DNA of 63,963 bases, filler included, from Trypethelium eluteriae (taxonomy: Eukaryota): assembly GCA_051942245.1 (NCBI GenBank). It is 3 parts of 3 records of this genome, joined end to end, with 100 filler letters (N's around TTAATTAATTAA, not from the genome) between each part and the next. Parts side by side here need not be neighbours in the genome. Positions count along the whole stretch, not along the records: positions 21,570 to 42,952 come from JAVECL010000473.1; positions 43,053 to 63,963 come from JAVECL010000482.1; 1 more part is not named here. One strand, given 5' to 3'. The translations under genes were made by a program, and so were the position numbers. The notes below the pieces were generated by a model that was given only the letters and a program-made list of their open reading frames with translations, was not told the DNA's origin and ran no database searches. Shown in pieces: positions 34,605 through 47,824 of this stretch; the stretch's first letter is position 1; each line of letters starts with the position of its first letter.

Positions 34605-37600
34605 ATGAGCCCTCCCCTCAACCCGAATCTTTCGCGACCCACTAGCAACGAAACCCACCGTCAAGCGACTTCCATCAACAATGCAATCAAGCCTCGCTGG
34701 CCCAATATGACGGGAGATAGACTTTCGGCGCATCCTCCCAGCACTCACAGCACCGATCCCGATGCGGCTCCCGAAGATGACCCTACCTTTTTACTCTTCA
34801 AATCTAGGCTCAAAATCGCAGAGGACAAGTTGAGCGCATTACTTGAGGCAGGCATCGATGACACGGATGGACAAGCCGCAAATAAGGATGGCCCATCTGC
34901 TCCTGCGGAGTCCACACCCGCGCCAGCAGAGGAACAAAATCGCGGAGTAAAGAGGCCTGTTCGATTCATTGATGAGAACTATGACGATGATGATGATGAG
35001 GAAGAAGAAGATGTTAACAATGTGTCCCCTCTCAAATCTAAAAGCTCTGCCCCAAACAACATCAATTCCCTCCATGGACCGCCCGGTTCGCCAATGCCGA
35101 AGAAGCCCCGACTCGACAACCAACCTAGCATCGCATCATCCTCCGAAGACGTGCGAAAGAAGCTCGAGGAGGAGAAAAAGGCAGCCGAAGAGAATGCAAA
35201 GAGGAGCTTTCATAAATACATATACACTTTGGAGAGCGATCGAGATGCGATGGTGGAACAGCAAAAGCTCGACGAGCTTGACAGACAAGTGGAAAATGAA
35301 ATGTCAGGACAGAATGGAGGTTCTGCCAGTATCGTGGCTGGTAATAGACCTCAACAAGGAACCCTGGGAAGCACCAATCTTGGAGCTTCAAGTCTTACCC
35401 TCAAACATCTCATCGCAACCATCGACGCCAAACGCGACCAAGTCCATGCTTCAGATGCTCAACTGCGGAATCTGATCAGTGAGGTCCGGAAAAAGAGCAG
35501 TAAATGGGCAAGCGAAGAGCGCATCGGACAAGGAGAGTTATACGAGGCTGCGGAAAAGGTACTCATGGAACTCAAAGCTATGACCGAGTATGCTGCACCC
35601 TTTTTGCAAAAAGTGAACAAGAGGGACGCCCCCGACTATTACTCCGTCATCAAGCATCCAATGGATATCGGAACGATGATCAAGAAGCTGAAGTCTCTAT
35701 CGTATAAGTCGAAGAAAGAATTTGTCGACGATTTGAACTTGATTTGGGCAAATTGCTTGAAGTACAATGCTGATCCAAATCATTATTTACGCAAGAAAGC
35801 CGTGCACATGAGGAAAGAAACCGAAAAACTTACTCCTCTCATCCCGGATATTGTCATACGAGATCGTGCAGAAGTAGAGGCAGAGGAGAGAAGACTCCAA
35901 CATGGAGAAGCTGATCTTGACGGCGCTGAAGATAGCGAAGATGGTATGAAAACCGACTGGCATATATGAAAGTGGCTTGCTGATTTTTTTTTTTTTCGCT
36001 AAAACAGAAGAACCCATCATGGCTTCTAGAGGTCGAAAAGCACCCAAGAAAGGAGCAAATACCGCTCGGAAAGCCCCTGCAGCGGACACCGATGGTTCAC
36101 CTGCTCCTGACATAAAGCCACCCGGAAGTGCTCCGCACGGTTCAGGCTCACTATCAAACCTCAAGAACGAGTTTCTACGGGCAGACTCGGACGTACCTTT
36201 GGACGGAAGCCAAAATGGCTTTTTGACTCCACCACCTCCTGGTTCTGCAACCCCTCTAGGTCCAAATGGCGTGCTTGGTAGTGGTGCTCCCGGCAGCCAG
36301 ATCGACCCCACCGAGGCAGACGGGATAGCCAGCACGATGAGCGGCCTACCTCCCATTGAAGATCCAGATCAAGACGATCAGGACTTCCAGACCTGGAAGC
36401 AAGTCACCAAGAAAGATCGGGCACATGTAGCGGCTGAACGACACCGACTCTTCCAAGGCGGCCAGCTCAACCTCGAAGCCCCAGCTCTTTTGCGCTCCAA
36501 AGCTGGAATGAGACGATTCATGCGTCAACAAATGAACGCACAAGGGGAACAATCCGAGCCAGAACATGAGAGCGAGAAATATGGCAACGATGGCGAAGGA
36601 GCTGCGCCCGGAGCAACCTTAGCTGAGGGTATGGAAGGTGAAGAAGAGACCCTCCTGCCCGACTATTACGATCCTGTAAATGCAATCCCTGAACTCAACG
36701 AGCGGACGAAGTGGGCGGAAGATAGTGAAGGGCTCGTCATTCCGCAAAGTGATGAAACGTTGAGACTGTTTCCGGAAGGACAATTCACATCTCCGGACGG
36801 CTCCCTAACCCGGAAGATGGAAGCCAATATGCGACAGATGCAAGAGACACGGAAAGTGGTAGCCAAGATCGGAGTTGTGAAGCAAATGCAGCTCCAAGCA
36901 CAGGTAAACCTCAACGAAGAGAACCATGTCTAAATACGACTAACAATGAAATTTAGACCTACCATAATCAGTTTCAGAAATACGATCCAGAACCATTCGT
37001 AGAAGCCGATATTAAGACGACAGTCGTTTCGGATGACGGCCCAATCATGTCCGAAAGCGTCTGCAAAGCAGCTCTCCAGCGCAGCGTCGGCAAGGTTTGC
37101 TACCATGCCGGCTTTGAGGAATTTCAGCCTTCTGCACTCGACGCGCTGACTGAGATGACGAGTAACTATGTGACTAATCTTGTCAAGACACTAGGCGTTT
37201 ATACCGAACAGCCAAAGGTCCCTGTTTCCCAAGATCAAGGTGTTTCTGCTGGAAAGAAGACGGACTGGAAGCCTCGCTTTAGCGCCGAGGAGTCGATCTT
37301 GCATACCTTGCATCAGAACGGCTTGGATTTGGAGTCCTTGGAGAGCTACTGCAAGGAAGATGTCGACAGGCTCGCGAGCAAACTCGGGGTCATGCACGAT
37401 CGAATGAAATCACATTTGGCGGACCTGTTGGTAAGTGAACTCACAAATATTCTTCGAAGTCGAAATGAGCTGACGAATTTTGCAGAGACCCGCTCTTGCG
37501 GACAACGCTGGCGCAGATGGTGCCGGTGCCTTCAACGATGGCAGCCAACAATTCTACGGTGGCGATTTCGCAGAAGATATCGGCGAAGACTTCTTCGGGT

Positions 37601-38262
37601 TCAAAGAGCTTGGCCTGGATCAGGAATTGGGCCTTGAGTCTCTCAGCGTGCCATTTCATCTTTTGCAGAACCGCATGCACAATGCGTACCAGGCTCAGAA
37701 CACAAAGTAAGTCGATTTCTCGGTTCTTCCCACACGTACATGCTGACAGCGATTTTTCTTCAGTGCGGCAACGAATACCGGAGTCGTCTTCGAAGAACCA
37801 CCGAAATGGGCTCCTATCACGAGAGACAACGTCGATCAGCAAATCGGTCTTGTCAAGGCTTGGTTCCAGGAACGTCTCGCTAAAAACGATGATCAGCCAC
37901 TTGTCGAGGACGAGGAGTTGCCCAGCAAGCAACGATTCCCCAAGCCAAGGCTTCCGCCTAGTGGCAAGATCTCAAGCCCAAGGAAGAGGCCCATCAAGGA
38001 GCAGCAGGCGAGCGCGAAAAAGAAGCGCAAAGCTGAAGAAACGAATGGCAATACAGCGCAGGTCAATGGTGTTGTCAACGGAGAAGGAACCTCGGTGAAT
38101 GACGGGACGAAAAGTCCTGGACGACCTATCAAGAAGTTGAAGTTGGAGATGCCTGGTACTAAAGACGCATCCGCGTATGGAGATCGAGATGGTGAGAAAG
38201 ATGCCGAGAAGGAGCCCGGGAGTGCGGTGGGCATGATGAGTCCGGAGAGTATTGGTGCCTAA
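34605..38262 (+). CDS. SPT7: SAGA complex subunit Spt7 (bromodomain + histone fold)
   Basis: [17 protein letters not shown]; bromodomain [26 protein letters not shown]...CLKYNADP; histone fold [29 protein letters not shown]; four introns. Confidence 0.95.
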
Positions 38263-41200
38263 GACGCGCGTCGACGTCTTGTCACATGGGTGGAATTTTT
38301 ATTTTACTTTCTTTCTACGTCAGGACTTCTCGTCCTCTGACGATCACTTTCGAAGGAGTGCGGCTTGTTGAACTGTACCATGACGCAAGACCCTGGTCTT
38401 CATTCGCATATACAAGGAGACTGAATATGGTGGTTGATTCTTTCCCGAAGCGATTGGTTTGTCCATGGGCTTTCATTGTTTCTTTGGAGGGTACGGTTCC
38501 TTGATGCAAGATGCTGGCGGCGTTCCGATGATGATTCTTCCTCTTCTCTAAGGGCCACATTCCCTTTGATACCCAAAGGCTTCGTGACGAGAGGCTGGTA
38601 AGACGCTGGTTATGTACAAGTCACGGCAGGTTGTGGCGTTTGGTGTCCCTTGGTTCAGTCCCCCGATGTGGTAGATAGTAGATAATGCGAGGGCGTGCCC
38701 CTCTGGCTTTTGAGCATTTTGCTCGAGCCTGCAGTCGAGCATCCGCGGAACATAGGCATGCAAAAGTATTATTATACATTGATCCAGTGTACAGTTCTTG
38801 GTTCACTGTCCTTCCTGAGCGGTAGCCTAGCCTGTGACTCATCTCCGTGTGCGCCTGTCCCAAGAACCCAGTGTTCACGAAGTGAAAATTGGTCGTTGGT
38901 ATGTACTGGAGAATGCTCATACCAGGTTCTATGTGAGTCGTGGAAAGAGAAACCCAAGTCCGGAAACATCGATACTGGAGCAAACATTCGTGGAAAGGTG
39001 CAGAAATTGTGAGAGAGGGAAAGACGAGAAGGTGAACCCATCCGGTACCAGTGGGCCTGGTAGGGCATTTTATTCATTCAATGATACAGCACTGCAACCC
39101 CCCGGCCCTCGTGCCAAGCCCACGAGACGGCGCTAAATAGCCGGGATGCCATTGCCTTTCCCGTCCCGGCCCTGCATCACGATACACTGATACGTCATCT
39201 CATCACCCTGATGCAGCCGCCAATGCTTGCGGCACCCGCGAATCCCTGCGCTCCATGGCCCTGATTTTCGCCGATCCTTAATCCTGCCCGTTGGCGAAGA
39301 TGATTCGTGGTCTTTGTCGCCTACCTTTTTTTTTTCCCTTGGACTCCGGAAACAACTCACCCAACTTGTCAACTTCAGTACCTAACATCCACAAGGTTCA
39401 GGAAGGGTCACTTGTAACGCACGATGCCGGATGGGCCTAATACGAAGCCCTTGATAAGGTTGGCGAGGTAGGACGTTACTCTGCTTCCGGTCAGGTCAGC
39501 CTGGAAAAGAAACGGTAACAGGTGTCCACTAAGTGGGCGAGTGGGTGCCACCATGCAAGGTCGCTTCCCTGACTGTTTGGGTGCGTCGTTCTGAATAATG
39601 AGGCGTCCTTTCGGTTGTGGGCTGCCGAGAGGAATTTAGACTCTTGAACACCATCATCCCCAGAGTTGGCTGATTATCTGGAAAGACCGTCATTGGTGAT
39701 ACATTATGTATGAACATCTTAATATGCACTTGTGAGGCACTGCAGAGTGACACGTAGGTGGCTTTCCCATTCCTTCCTACAATCTCATGGGTGGGGCTTG
39801 CCACTCTTGTTCTTTTTTAGGACGAGCCCACAACTTTGGAAGCCGGGCTTTGCTAGACACCTGCCTGAACTTTTATCCTTCTACTGTCAGGCTACCTGAT
39901 AGATCTAGACTATGGTCAAACGAAAAGCTTCATACGCGATCATGACTCGGTGAGGCTCGATGTCATCCTCTCTGGGACATTGATAAGCCTTCGGGAAGAA
40001 GTGAAGTTTGCCAAGGAAGCTCGTCGCGCCAAGACGAACCCTACTTTACAAGACAGTGACATTGAGGGTTGGCAAATTCGCCTGACGATCACTCCTAATA
40101 TGCCAAAGAAGGACGAGCAGCAAGAGGGAGCGAGAACTTCTGCAAACGGGAAGCTCCAATACAGCCTTGAACATGAGTCGCATTGGCGGGTCAAAACACA
40201 GAGCCTTGTTCAATGACTGCTGTACCCCTAGTCGACTGCCTGACTTTTCCGCCTAATCTCTGTGACAAAGAATTCTCACGGCCTCTGAAAATACTACGGA
40301 GTACAAGGACAATGTTTGCATCTCCCTTTGGAATGGAGTCCTCTTCGTCCGTTAGCGAATCAAGCCAATCTTGAAGCCCCAGGATATGTTATCTTCTCCA
40401 CATTACTGATCAGAGAGCAGGCATGGACTCACCGAATGGTCTGGGGTACATGTCACTTGCTCCAGTCGACAAACGGCAATCCGGCGCGAAGACCGCCCCA
40501 CTAGCGACACGAAAGGCAGCTTCCGGGATGACTACATATACGGCGCGCAGGAACCGCACAGTCTTCAGAAGTTCATATATTAAGGACCAGTCCAATAGCA
40601 TACAGACATACCTGCGTTAACATGCACGTTACGGCGTCATATATCTATCGTACCTCGGCGTTTTCCGCAGCACTGATCACATGTCGAAAACGCGTCCTCC
40701 TAGGTACTTTTTATTTGAACTCGCATTATGGGTACGCTCATCCATTGGTCGCCGCTTTTCAATCACAAATCCCACTCCTCTCTAGCGATTTCATTTATTC
40801 TTGGTTCAAACTCGCTTGGATGTTGTCCTGTAGATTTGGCTTCATCCCTCAGAGCTCTCGGCCTTGACGGGTAATAGATGGCTTAGTGATAGACCCAGCT
40901 TCGTTATAATTAAGGCGATTCTAAGGCTCTTCAGCCTTCCATTTGTTGGTTCTGGGGCCACGATTGGAGGGTCTTACATGTCCGCGAGTGGCAATGCAAC
41001 CTATGATGACATGCAAAAAAATCAGTCACGCTGTGTTGTTCGTCCTCGTGACTCATTGCTAAATAAAGCAATGAGAACCATATGAGGCCAGAGAGACTGG
41101 TTGAAGGAAAGGTTTGTAAATACCCAGACGTACTTTCCCCCTCTTTCTCCTAACCTCTTCACCAGTAGGCTCTTAGTAAAGGTAACCCAGGCTGAGCTCA

Positions 41201-42288
41201 GGGAAATCACGAGCTGAATCGACTTTTTTCCGGATTTGGAGCAGAAAATAGTCTCGCTCAGCTCAGCTTCGTTGTGTTATTCTTAATATCCTCAGCTTGT
41301 TAGATGTCATCTTGCGAAGCAATGACTGAACATGAATTGACGAAATTTGACCTCGAGTGTGATCTTAAAAATTTTGCCAACATCCCTGCGAGGCGATTGA
41401 CAAGAGCTATTTCACGGGAAAGGCTCCAAAATTGAGAAGCATTAGCCCATGAGATCGAGTCTATCGGTACAGATTAGACTTCGGGGGCGTTAAGCTCACA
41501 TTTTGATGAATCCTTCTTGGGCCGAGGTGGACCAAGCGCACCCTGACGAAGTACCGTCACGGCTGGCCGTCGTGTCATCTTTCACAGCTTGATACATCCT
41601 TTGCTGGCAACTATAATCTGATTCTAATCACGAGTTTCACCTAGAGGCCACACATAGATGACACGGTGCCGAACGAAAGCGAAACCGTTGCGAAGTTCGA
41701 AATGATGAAAATGGTGGTTTGCATGACAAGGCTGAGTCGGTCCAGCTATCTCTCTTTGGGGTTTTAAGTGACGATGGTGTCTAACTAGACGACCAATGAC
41801 AATGCCACTCTGGCCACCCTTAATATATTGATCAACTGCAAGTCAATGCGCAATTGACGGCCTTGGATATTTTAGCGGCATCCAGAGCACTATAGATTTT
41901 ACGATGTATTTCGTCTGGCATCTTTCAAATCTCTTATCAGCAAGTCCTGCTCATTTAGAAAATCATTACCCAAGAGGCTTTGTGTCAACCCCACCTGTTC
42001 TGTCTGCACCCGTGCTTACTCAGGCATCTGTGTTTTACTTCTCTACGTCATCTGTTCCCAAATCTCACTACAACCACAGACCAGCGTCTGCCTCCACCCT
42101 GCGCAAAGCTTACAAAACCATCCAAGTCAGCCGTCTCGTTACCGTAGCCTCTTCGGCTCTTTGCGGTATGAGTACGGACGTACGATCGGCTTCAAGTGAC
42201 TGGGCTGAGCCCTTCTTTGGATCTTAGGAACTGTTGTGCCTCTTGATCATCCTTCAGGAATCATTGCTTTTCATTCGTTCGTTCGCTC

Positions 42289-42952
42289 ATGCGTATCCAT
42301 TCCCCATGGAAGGGAAAGACAGAGAATTCGGTCGCCGACGGAGGCAACCCACCAGATATGATGAAGGAAAAGGAACAGGTAGCCATCACGGTCCTCACGG
42401 ACCCATATCCAGAGCTACCATTCATAAAGAGGCATTTCTGCAAGCTTTTACCACCCAAGTCATCTCCGGTAGGTGACAGAGATGCTGGCACCTCGTTAGT
42501 GACTCGATATCGCTTTTCGTTTCTCCCTCGCGGTCGTCTCGTCTTAACTACTATTTCAATTATGTTCGCTGTAATCTCAGTAGCAATCCTTGTACCGGTG
42601 TTTCTTAAGCATGTCCATGCTGGGAACACCAGCACCTCCAACTCGCTTGGCTCGCCAAGTGATTTCATTCCAGAAGCTCCCATCAAGCGTAGCAATCTAC
42701 ATGGTGTAAATTTTCCCGACCCCTTTTTCTACCAGTCTTCAGGAAAGTGGTACGCCCTCGCCTCCAATAATGCAGCGGGAATCTTGAACGCATCAACCAG
42801 CAGCTTTCCCAAGGACTACGGCAAATCGAACATCCAGATCGCCACATCCACCGATCTTCTCAATTGGGATCTCTCCCCGCAGTCGAGCACCCAAGTCCTC
42901 GCCAACCCCGGTAACTGGAGCCTTCCCGGCACCCACACCGTCAACAACGTCC
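42289..42952 (+). CDS. Glycoside hydrolase family 43-like protein with N-terminal TM anchor (3' truncated by gap)
   Basis: TM segment followed by NFPDPFFYQSSGKWYALASN...NIQIATSTDLLNW beta-propeller motif. Confidence 0.7.
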
Positions 42953-43052
42953 NNNNNNNNNNNNNNNNNNNNNNNNNNNNNNNNNNNNNNNNNNNNTTAA
43001 TTAATTAANNNNNNNNNNNNNNNNNNNNNNNNNNNNNNNNNNNNNNNNNNNN
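42953..43052. other. Artificial contig linker
   Basis: 100 bp of Ns with central TTAATTAATTAA. Confidence 0.97.
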
Positions 43053-43247
43053 GGGGATGAGGGGCGGGCGTCGGCTGAGGCAGTAGATTTTGCTCCAGCG
43101 TTGGGGGTCTTGCGATAGTACGCGCAGCATGTAGTGGCCGCTTATGCCATTGGCGCCGGTGATGATGGCTGTTAGGCCGGAGACCTCTGGAGGGTAGACA
43201 GGTAGTCCGTGGAAGATTCCTCGCGACTGGACTTGCTGGATTGACAT
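43053..43247 (-). CDS. PRISE-like (progesterone 5-beta-reductase/iridoid synthase-like, SirQ-like) SDR, 5' part only
   Basis: GIFHGLP..TAIITGANGISGHYMLRVLSQDPQRWSKIYCLSRRPP; truncated by gap. Confidence 0.8.
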
Positions 43248-43967
43248 GATGTTGATAAACGGTGTGGAATGCTAACTCTACTGGAAAATTGCTAGATGGT
43301 AAGAAGATTGAAGGTGTGATCTAGTTTAAAGAACTCCTCGGAGATCCAATGACGACATGAAGTGCTAATTCCCATTCCGGTAATTTGCTTGATGTGAGGA
43401 GCTTTTCCTAGACGCAAAAAATGCGGGGCATCATGGTGGGGGTTGCGTCTTAACAGGGGGATTGTAGCCAGGTACTCACCAGCGCTGCCATTGTATTCAT
43501 GTTCAGGTCCTTCGCAGGTAGACGAGAAGTTTCTTAGCTGGTAACTTATTCCTATGTTCATCTCGTTCATCCATTGGGAGAAAGAAAGAGATTCACCATG
43601 GCCGATTTGCTCTTGCATCTTTTCCATCAGTAAATCAAAGGACAGCCAGGATATGCCCAGAACTTTACCCGAGAAATATTTGTGTACTAAAAGTAGTGGT
43701 ACAGAGGACTTCGAGAAGCAGGGAGTGGGATATCTTCCTCTAGATCGATGGCTGGTCGCAAATGGGAGCCTGCCAGACCACCATTCACATCGAGACAAAC
43801 GACAAGAGGAGAACCGACTATCGGGAAGGTCGAATAACCTTTCGGTCTGTGCAATTGAAGCTTGACAGTTAGCTTTTGTAGATGGGATTGATGTGGTTCA
43901 ATGTCCTTGCTCCTGCCGTTAGTACCAACTCCTCACAACACTTCTGCTTTCTCTCGAAGAATCTCTT

Positions 43968-45308
43968 TCATTTGATGTTCCTCCCGTACCTTGTAAATCG
44001 TGCATCTGCTATCAACCTCTCCATATCTTCGTCCCTCAAACAGATTGCAACTGCAATTTCCCCATCTAAAGTCTTTGGCATGAAGTATATCAAGCTCTCG
44101 ACTGGATCAAACTGCGGTCTCCGCACAGCCTCGGGCTTGCCTAATCCTAGGTTGAAGTCAAGTTCATGACTATCTAGGTTCGACCACGAGCTCAGCATGA
44201 TGTCCGCTGATAGGTCCAATCCACGTGTGATAGAGATTTTCGTCTTGTCTGGTGAGCGATCGAGGGCGGTTGCGAAAGCACGAGTTCTATATTCCAAGTC
44301 CGATGTCTTGGGATCTATAGCTGAACGAAGCTGTGACGCTACAACACCCAGTGACTCGTCAATTAACTTTCGAAGCGTATATGTGTGATACGTCATATTC
44401 GATACAAGCCCGCAATAGAGTTGCGAGATACCCAGAAAACGCCGTGGATCGACCGCACGAGCAAATGTTGACTTCGCTTCGGGATCTAAGCGGGAAATGC
44501 GGGCCTGGATGATAGATTGCCAGATGAAAGCACTGAGGGCATCATCCGTAGAGATGTAGCCTGATGGGCAGATGCTTGTGGCAAGCGACTTCAGAGCACT
44601 GAGGGAGGCGGCATCGAACGTGAAGTAGGTCCAAACACACTTGGGAGACGGACTGGCGCGGCTAGAGGAGAGCGTAGATGGAGCGATCTGATGAGGAATT
44701 TCCGGGATTTGTCTGTCTGGATAGTCCAGTAATGGAATGACGTTGTGCCGCGAAAGGTTGCCACAGGAGATTTCTTCGCCCGTGAATGTCTCCTTCCTGC
44801 AAGCTTTTGAGAGGTGACGCATTATATTAGCTTGGCCGGTCATATCCATAGCTTGATGCTGGCCAACGAAGGTGAGCAGAAGACCACCTGTGATAAAGTT
44901 TGCTTGTATGAGGAGAACTGGTATTGGGTCTGACTTGGTCGATGGTTCTGGGAGGGTCTTGCAAGGTGCAATGATGGTTTCGTCTAGCATTCTGAACGGG
45001 AAGTTCGCCTGCCTGAAGGCGGCCATGGACGGAAATTCATGATTCTGTCTGAAGTCCTTTATGATCAGGTGAGGAGTCTTCTCGAAAGGCTTGATCTTGA
45101 ACATGCCTGTGTTCCCTTCGCCGGAACCTTCATTGATGACTTGGCCTGCTACCCATGGAAAGTGATCGGTTAGGCGCTCAAGGCCATTCTTCAATGTACT
45201 GATAATTTTCGAGTCGGGACGGGACTCGTCCAGTGAAAAGCAAAGGCAAATCTGAGTATATAGATTGAAGTGTGGCTGCTGTCCAAAAATATCTAGATAA
45301 TCATCCAT
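43968..45308 (-). CDS. Trichothecene 3-O-acetyltransferase-like BAHD acyltransferase (Tri101/Ayt1 family)
   Basis: Intronless, 446 aa; LDIFGQQP..LYTQICLCF, HXXXD motif GQHQAMDMTG, STDDALSAFIW, DFNLGLGKPEAVRRP. Confidence 0.88.
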   Translation of the reverse strand: MDDYLDIFGQQPHFNLYTQICLCFSLDESRPDSKIISTLKNGLERLTDHFPWVAGQVINEGSGEGNTGMFKIKPFEKTPHLIIKDFRQNHEFPSMAAFRQANFPFRMLDETIIAPCKTLPEPSTKSDPIPVLLIQANFITGGLLLTFVGQHQAMDMTGQANIMRHLSKACRKETFTGEEISCGNLSRHNVIPLLDYPDRQIPEIPHQIAPSTLSSSRASPSPKCVWTYFTFDAASLSALKSLATSICPSGYISTDDALSAFIWQSIIQARISRLDPEAKSTFARAVDPRRFLGISQLYCGLVSNMTYHTYTLRKLIDESLGVVASQLRSAIDPKTSDLEYRTRAFATALDRSPDKTKISITRGLDLSADIMLSSWSNLDSHELDFNLGLGKPEAVRRPQFDPVESLIYFMPKTLDGEIAVAICLRDEDMERLIADARFTRYGRNIK

Positions 45309-46483
45309 GTCTTGGATGGTGGATGTGTCAAGGGCACCGGACGTCAGTCAGAGTCATTCATGCTAAAACGATGATTGCGGCAACGGATGGGTCTTCGGAA
45401 TGATCTCAACTGTACCGTTAGGAAGCTCTCTGTCAGGGTTTTGGCGCGAGATGGAAGTAAGACGACGACAAACCTGAGAAGTACAAGAATTATGTGCTCC
45501 AAGGGTGAACGGAACTAGACAGTTTAGTCAGAAGAGTCAGACTCTTCCATAGAATAGCTAGAACGTTGTGATCCCCAAGTACTGGTAAGGTGTTGGCTTC
45601 GTCGATTGCGTCTGGTCCAATGCATGAGAATAGTAAGGTAGGATCTGCAAACAAGCATTTCTATGATCTCTGTTCACATTATAAGAGTCCAGGTACAAGT
45701 AGGCAGCTCACATGATCAAACAGATGGAGGTATGGAGAGGAAACCTAGAAAGAGGCGTGTCGAATCCAAAGCCAAACATACCTACCTGGTAAGTCTCTTA
45801 CGTTCGGATCGGGTGGTTCTCTTAGCCATTGGCTCAGCGGTGAGGCTGAGACACTTACCCAATCACGTATAGTGGCGGTATCTAGTAGGGATTTAACGCC
45901 TTAATTCCGAAGACTATCATGGCATGGATATGACCAAGCAGTTTTTAGCCACAATGCACCTGCAATTAAAATCCGACAAATTTCGCTGCATCTATTCCCT
46001 GTCTTTCTGCTTCAGGGACCATACCTCACAGATACTCTCAAAGCTTAAAATGGTCCTTTCTCCATTGAACGGCATTTCTTCCTCTTTGTCTTCGGATTGA
46101 AAATACTAATATTTACACGCTTTAGCTTAGCTCGGAAAGTTCTTAATGATTTAGCTATTTAGAGACTTTACAAAATCTTCTGTAAAGTCTTCCAGGAAGG
46201 AGTGGCCAACTCCTTCGCTAGGCTTCGATGCTTGTTTCTCAAGTATCATTTCTTTTGAAAGCTCATCCAGAACCTCTCAGATGACTATGATGGAAGCTCG
46301 TGCAACTGAGAGCATACGGACTTGGAGGCCCCCTGCCCGGGGAGTTCAGGTACTGTGTTAGCCTCACTGGAAAGCTCAAGAATGGCACCGGCTTCGTTGG
46401 AAAGTTCGAGAACTGCGACTCCCTCATTAGAGAGCTCAGTAAATACGGCTGCTTCACCTGAGAGCTCAGGAACTGCAGCAAAA

Positions 46484-47824
46484 TTAATGTCTGAGATCTA
46501 GATTTGGGTCAGTGGCATTCTCACATATCGGATTCTCTTCACACGCCCCAGGCTCGTCTTCAGATCTTGCGTCTGGGCTGGATTTTGATCTAGACAATCG
46601 TAGCTTTGGAAAGAACTTGCGACCGGATGGCGATAACAGAGCGCGGAGTATCGGCATGCATAGAACGGTTACTCCACCCAGGTGTTCAAGACTGCTCATC
46701 CAATAAGTACGAATTATTGACTCAAAGTAATAAAGATTACTTACGATCCCCATATCGCGATCCATCCATTACTCCAGGAAAAATCTTTCACTATCCATTG
46801 CATGGAGATTATTTTACCGATAGAACACGTGGCAAGTCTGATAATGATTCCGTAAGGATATAGCAACTTACACAACTGACGAAATTGCCTCACAGATATC
46901 CAAATCCCAAAATAACATACACAGAGATCTGTTCAATGCGACGCATTTGAGACCCCCACGAGATACCAAAGGCGATGGAGACAATGGCGAAACTCGTCAC
47001 GATATCGATCGCTAGCTCCGTGATATTGTCAGTTGATCTCTCTCTGGATGCGGCGCCCGTTGGATTAATCTATCCTACCTGTCAAAACTTCCAGTGACAC
47101 ACTTGTGTTGCTCTCGTAAGAAGCTGGCGCATCTCCTCCGCTGTAGCTAAATGAATAATATTGAACCGGCATAATGATGCTTATCGCAATGGTTGATACG
47201 ACCAGTACACCGAGATTAACGTACACAAACCAGTTTACTAAACGACGAACTCTGTGAATCATACGAAGTATGATTATACACACCGAGATCTTGACAGCAG
47301 CAACACCAATTGCATTGATGATCAAGCTGAATAGTGTACGGTCGTCTAATCCGTTCCAGAGACCGAAGTCGACATTTTCGATATGTCTAATGGAATTTGG
47401 CCACGGCAGCACCAGCGGTGTCGTTAACTTGTCCCACCGTCCCAAGCCATGCTTGATCATGTATCCGTTAGTGGTGTTAAATCTTGAGGGTTAAACGTCA
47501 CTAACGCCAACCTGAAACCATACTAGGACGGCATCAGCAATGCCAAGTCCCTGAATATGCTCAGCTCCCACTCATTGAATTTGAGAATCAAATCCCGTAT
47601 ACGTAAGCGAAGAGAATAAACCTGGGAGATCGTTTAATCTTTATTTTGGTCTTAGGAGGTGTAAAAAAGTATTGCCCGTCGTCCCATCCTAAAGTGCCTG
47701 GTTCGACGGTCGTGCGAACGCGAAAGCGCGCGATAATGAAGACTGTGGATATCACACTCAGTGAAAAGTACATCTTCTCGATGATTGGCCCTATGCCCAG
47801 ATTGGGAGCGTGTGCTTCTTCCAT
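46484..47824 (-). CDS. PTH11-like (fungal rhodopsin-domain) integral membrane protein, multi-exon, possibly degenerate
   Basis: Fragments ARFRVRT..LGWDD, KHGLGR, AVKISVCIIILR, VLCMPILRAL in collinear order; exon structure not fully resolved. Confidence 0.6.

Noticed and set aside
39913..40870. Faint F-box/DUF7730-like traces
   Set aside because: Too fragmented by stops and frameshifts to support a call.
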